DNA of 64,000 nt from an uncultured Verrucomicrobiota bacterium. Lineage in GTDB: Bacteria > Verrucomicrobiota > Verrucomicrobiia > CAIQCK01. The position numbers and the translations under genes were made by a program. The stretch spans positions 28,639 to 92,638 of the forward strand of contig CAZGGF010000076.1 of assembly GCA_964524715.1 (NCBI GenBank). The letters run 5' to 3'. Each line of letters opens with the position of its first letter. The first letter of the stretch is position 1. Positions 62,459 through 64,000 of the stretch are shown here, piece by piece. Below the pieces are notes generated by a model. It had not been told where the DNA came from. It searched no databases and was given only the letters and a program-made list of their open reading frames with translations.

Positions 62459-63895
62459 TCAGCGACCCGTCGTCAGTTCCAGTGTCCGCCATCCCACCCA
62501 ATCCAGCGGCAGACTGGCCCAATCCATCGGCATCAGGACCGGGTCGAAGTGCGTGTGAGCGCTTACGAGGATGCGCTGGGGGTCGCCCAGCGCCCTCAAC
62601 GGCACGCGAACGCTGATTTCCCTCACACTGCGTTTCACCTGCATCGTTTCACGCGGGAGCTTCTTGCGCTGATCCCAAAGGGTGTGCAGTACGTGGCCGA
62701 TCTGGATGTGCAGCTTGGGCATCAACGCGAACGGCCGGTCGGACCGATAGCCAAAGACATACAACGACGCCTCGACTCCCGCGGCCAGCGGCTTCGATAG
62801 TTCGACGGTGAAAACCAGATCACTGCCGTCCATCTCCAACGACTTGGTCACCGCCCCCACGAATGCAGCGCGCTGGCCGTCAGTGAGTTCATCATCCGGC
62901 TCTTTCTGTGGCATGGCTCCGGCCGCGTGCGGCGGCAGCCTGGCCGCGCGGGCCCTTGCTTGCAGCGTGAACGGTGGAAAATCGCCAAACAACTCGTTCT
63001 GGCGCACGAAAGAGAGGAGGTAACTACCGCTGGACTTGTATTGCGAGGTGTAAGCCTCAACCGCAGCCCGTTTGTGCCGCACCTCTGCTGCCCCGAGGGG
63101 GAATGTCTGCCATGCGATCTCGCCGCGATAGAGCGCGGGCGGCTCCAATGTCGCGGACGGGCGAAATCCGCGTGGCCGGGGCCAGCCATTGATGTGAATC
63201 CAATACGGGTGGACTTCCGGCCGCATCTCCTGCCCCAGATCCCACAATGCCACGCAAGCAAACAAATACAGCGCGCGATGCTCCGGGTTATGATCAGCGG
63301 GGTGAGAAACAAATATCTTCGTGGGCCGGAACTCCCGCAGCACGTCCGTCACGTCCCGCAGAATCTCCTCGCCCTTGTAAGGCGCTCCCGGCCGCAATGC
63401 GCTGGCGTAAGGCACCGCCGTCACGCGCGTCAACAGGCTGCGATAGGGCGGGCTCACGCCCCAGTGCTCGTTCCAGATGTCCAACACGCCAAAATCGGGA
63501 TAGCCAAGAAACACCAACTGGTTGGTGGCGACGCCGAGCACACGCGCGGCGGCCAGCGCTTCGTCATGCCGCACGACGCCCATCGCCCGCACCGCCTTCG
63601 GCATGACCACCGGCCGCTTCCGGTAAACGAGGAACGACCATTCGTTCGCGTCGCCGCAAGTCAGGAACACCACGCGCAGCGGCAGCCCCATCGCCACGGC
63701 TTTCTGGATCACGCCGCCACAGCCGATCACCTCATCGTCCGGGTGCGGGGCCAGCACCAATACACGGTCTTGCGGCGCGAGAACGACTTGCGGCAGCGGC
63801 CCTGCCCCACCCGCGCCCGCGCAACGGCCCGGCAAAAACGCGCATGCGGCCACCGCGCAGGTCACTTGCAACAAACGCCAGCACCGCGAGTTCAT
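62459..63895 (-). CDS. PIG-L/LmbE-family deacetylase with extra C-terminal domain
   Basis: 'VLVLAPHPDDEVIGCGGVI' is the PIG-L signature. N-terminal signal-like segment. Confidence 0.8.
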   Translation of the reverse strand: MNSRCWRLLQVTCAVAACAFLPGRCAGAGGAGPLPQVVLAPQDRVLVLAPHPDDEVIGCGGVIQKAVAMGLPLRVVFLTCGDANEWSFLVYRKRPVVMPKAVRAMGVVRHDEALAAARVLGVATNQLVFLGYPDFGVLDIWNEHWGVSPPYRSLLTRVTAVPYASALRPGAPYKGEEILRDVTDVLREFRPTKIFVSHPADHNPEHRALYLFACVALWDLGQEMRPEVHPYWIHINGWPRPRGFRPSATLEPPALYRGEIAWQTFPLGAAEVRHKRAAVEAYTSQYKSSGSYLLSFVRQNELFGDFPPFTLQARARAARLPPHAAGAMPQKEPDDELTDGQRAAFVGAVTKSLEMDGSDLVFTVELSKPLAAGVEASLYVFGYRSDRPFALMPKLHIQIGHVLHTLWDQRKKLPRETMQVKRSVREISVRVPLRALGDPQRILVSAHTHFDPVLMPMDWASLPLDWVGWRTLELTTGR

Positions 63896-64000
63896 CGGAA
63901 AGGCAAATGCGGCAACGCGAGAGCCAGTACTGTCAGGATCAGCATCAACCCTGCGGGCATGAACTTCCTTGTCCGGCCCAACTGGACGGCGAAAACAACG
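63892..64000 (-). CDS. 3' end of an upstream membrane-protein gene (partial)
   Basis: The frame is open from the window edge (…FMPAGLMLILTVLALALPHLPFR*). Its TGA overlaps the PIG-L ATG (ATGA). Confidence 0.3.
   Translation of the reverse strand, partial: VVFAVQLGRTRKFMPAGLMLILTVLALALPHLPFR

Noticed and set aside
1-64000. Search for tRNA, rRNA, tmRNA, CRISPR arrays, integrases, transposases and prophage genes
   Set aside because: By eye I found no T-loop/acceptor-like signatures, no repeat-spacer arrays, and no recombinase or transposase motifs. A tRNAscan/Infernal run would be needed for certainty.

Overview
This is a high-GC bacterial chromosomal segment. It looks like Verrucomicrobiota or another PVC-type organism, judging from a GloVer-repeat protein, a PEP-CTERM protein, FGE-sulfatase and TPR paralogs, many Tat, lipoprotein and secreted proteins, and GC-rich palindromic REP-type elements. 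I support about 65 protein-coding genes. I recognised no rRNA, tRNA, CRISPR array, transposase or integrase. All domain calls come from motif signatures read by eye; no searches were run. Many track ORFs are antisense shadows of real genes, as expected in high-GC DNA, and many track starts (TTG/GTG) were trimmed to better-supported starts.

Main points of interest:
1. A 16.2-22.9 kb block holds an ECF sigma / anti-sigma / RseB-like operon. Its ECF-type promoter motif (TGGAAT-N17-CGTC) recurs upstream of two other genes. Those two genes bracket an uncharacterised operon: DUF134(+DUF5320-like tail), NifX-like, DGC, SAM methyltransferase, MBL hydrolase and Tat-Rieske. Four proteins in the block share Gly-Arg-Gly/Cys-rich motifs.
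2. A 2-kb AT-richer cassette (8.09-10.14 kb) is bounded by about 22-35 bp inverted repeats. It carries a translationally coupled HTH-ImmA/IrrE metallopeptidase and a DUF4411 (PIN-like) gene, and sits between convergent housekeeping genes.
3. Two different palindromic REP-like elements sit in-frame inside a fused MFS/spermidine-synthase gene. That gene is coupled to a Memo-AMMECR1 fusion protein carrying a lipoprotein signal.
4. A roughly 1.5-kb direct segmental duplication (oligogalacturonate-lyase-like paralogs plus REP-laden flanks) brackets a double FGE-domain protein and two membrane-anchored TPR paralogs with internal tandem expansions.
5. A lower-GC patch (58.5-61.5 kb) encodes a membrane protein built from three [2 TM + zinc-ribbon] modules, plus neighbouring orphans.
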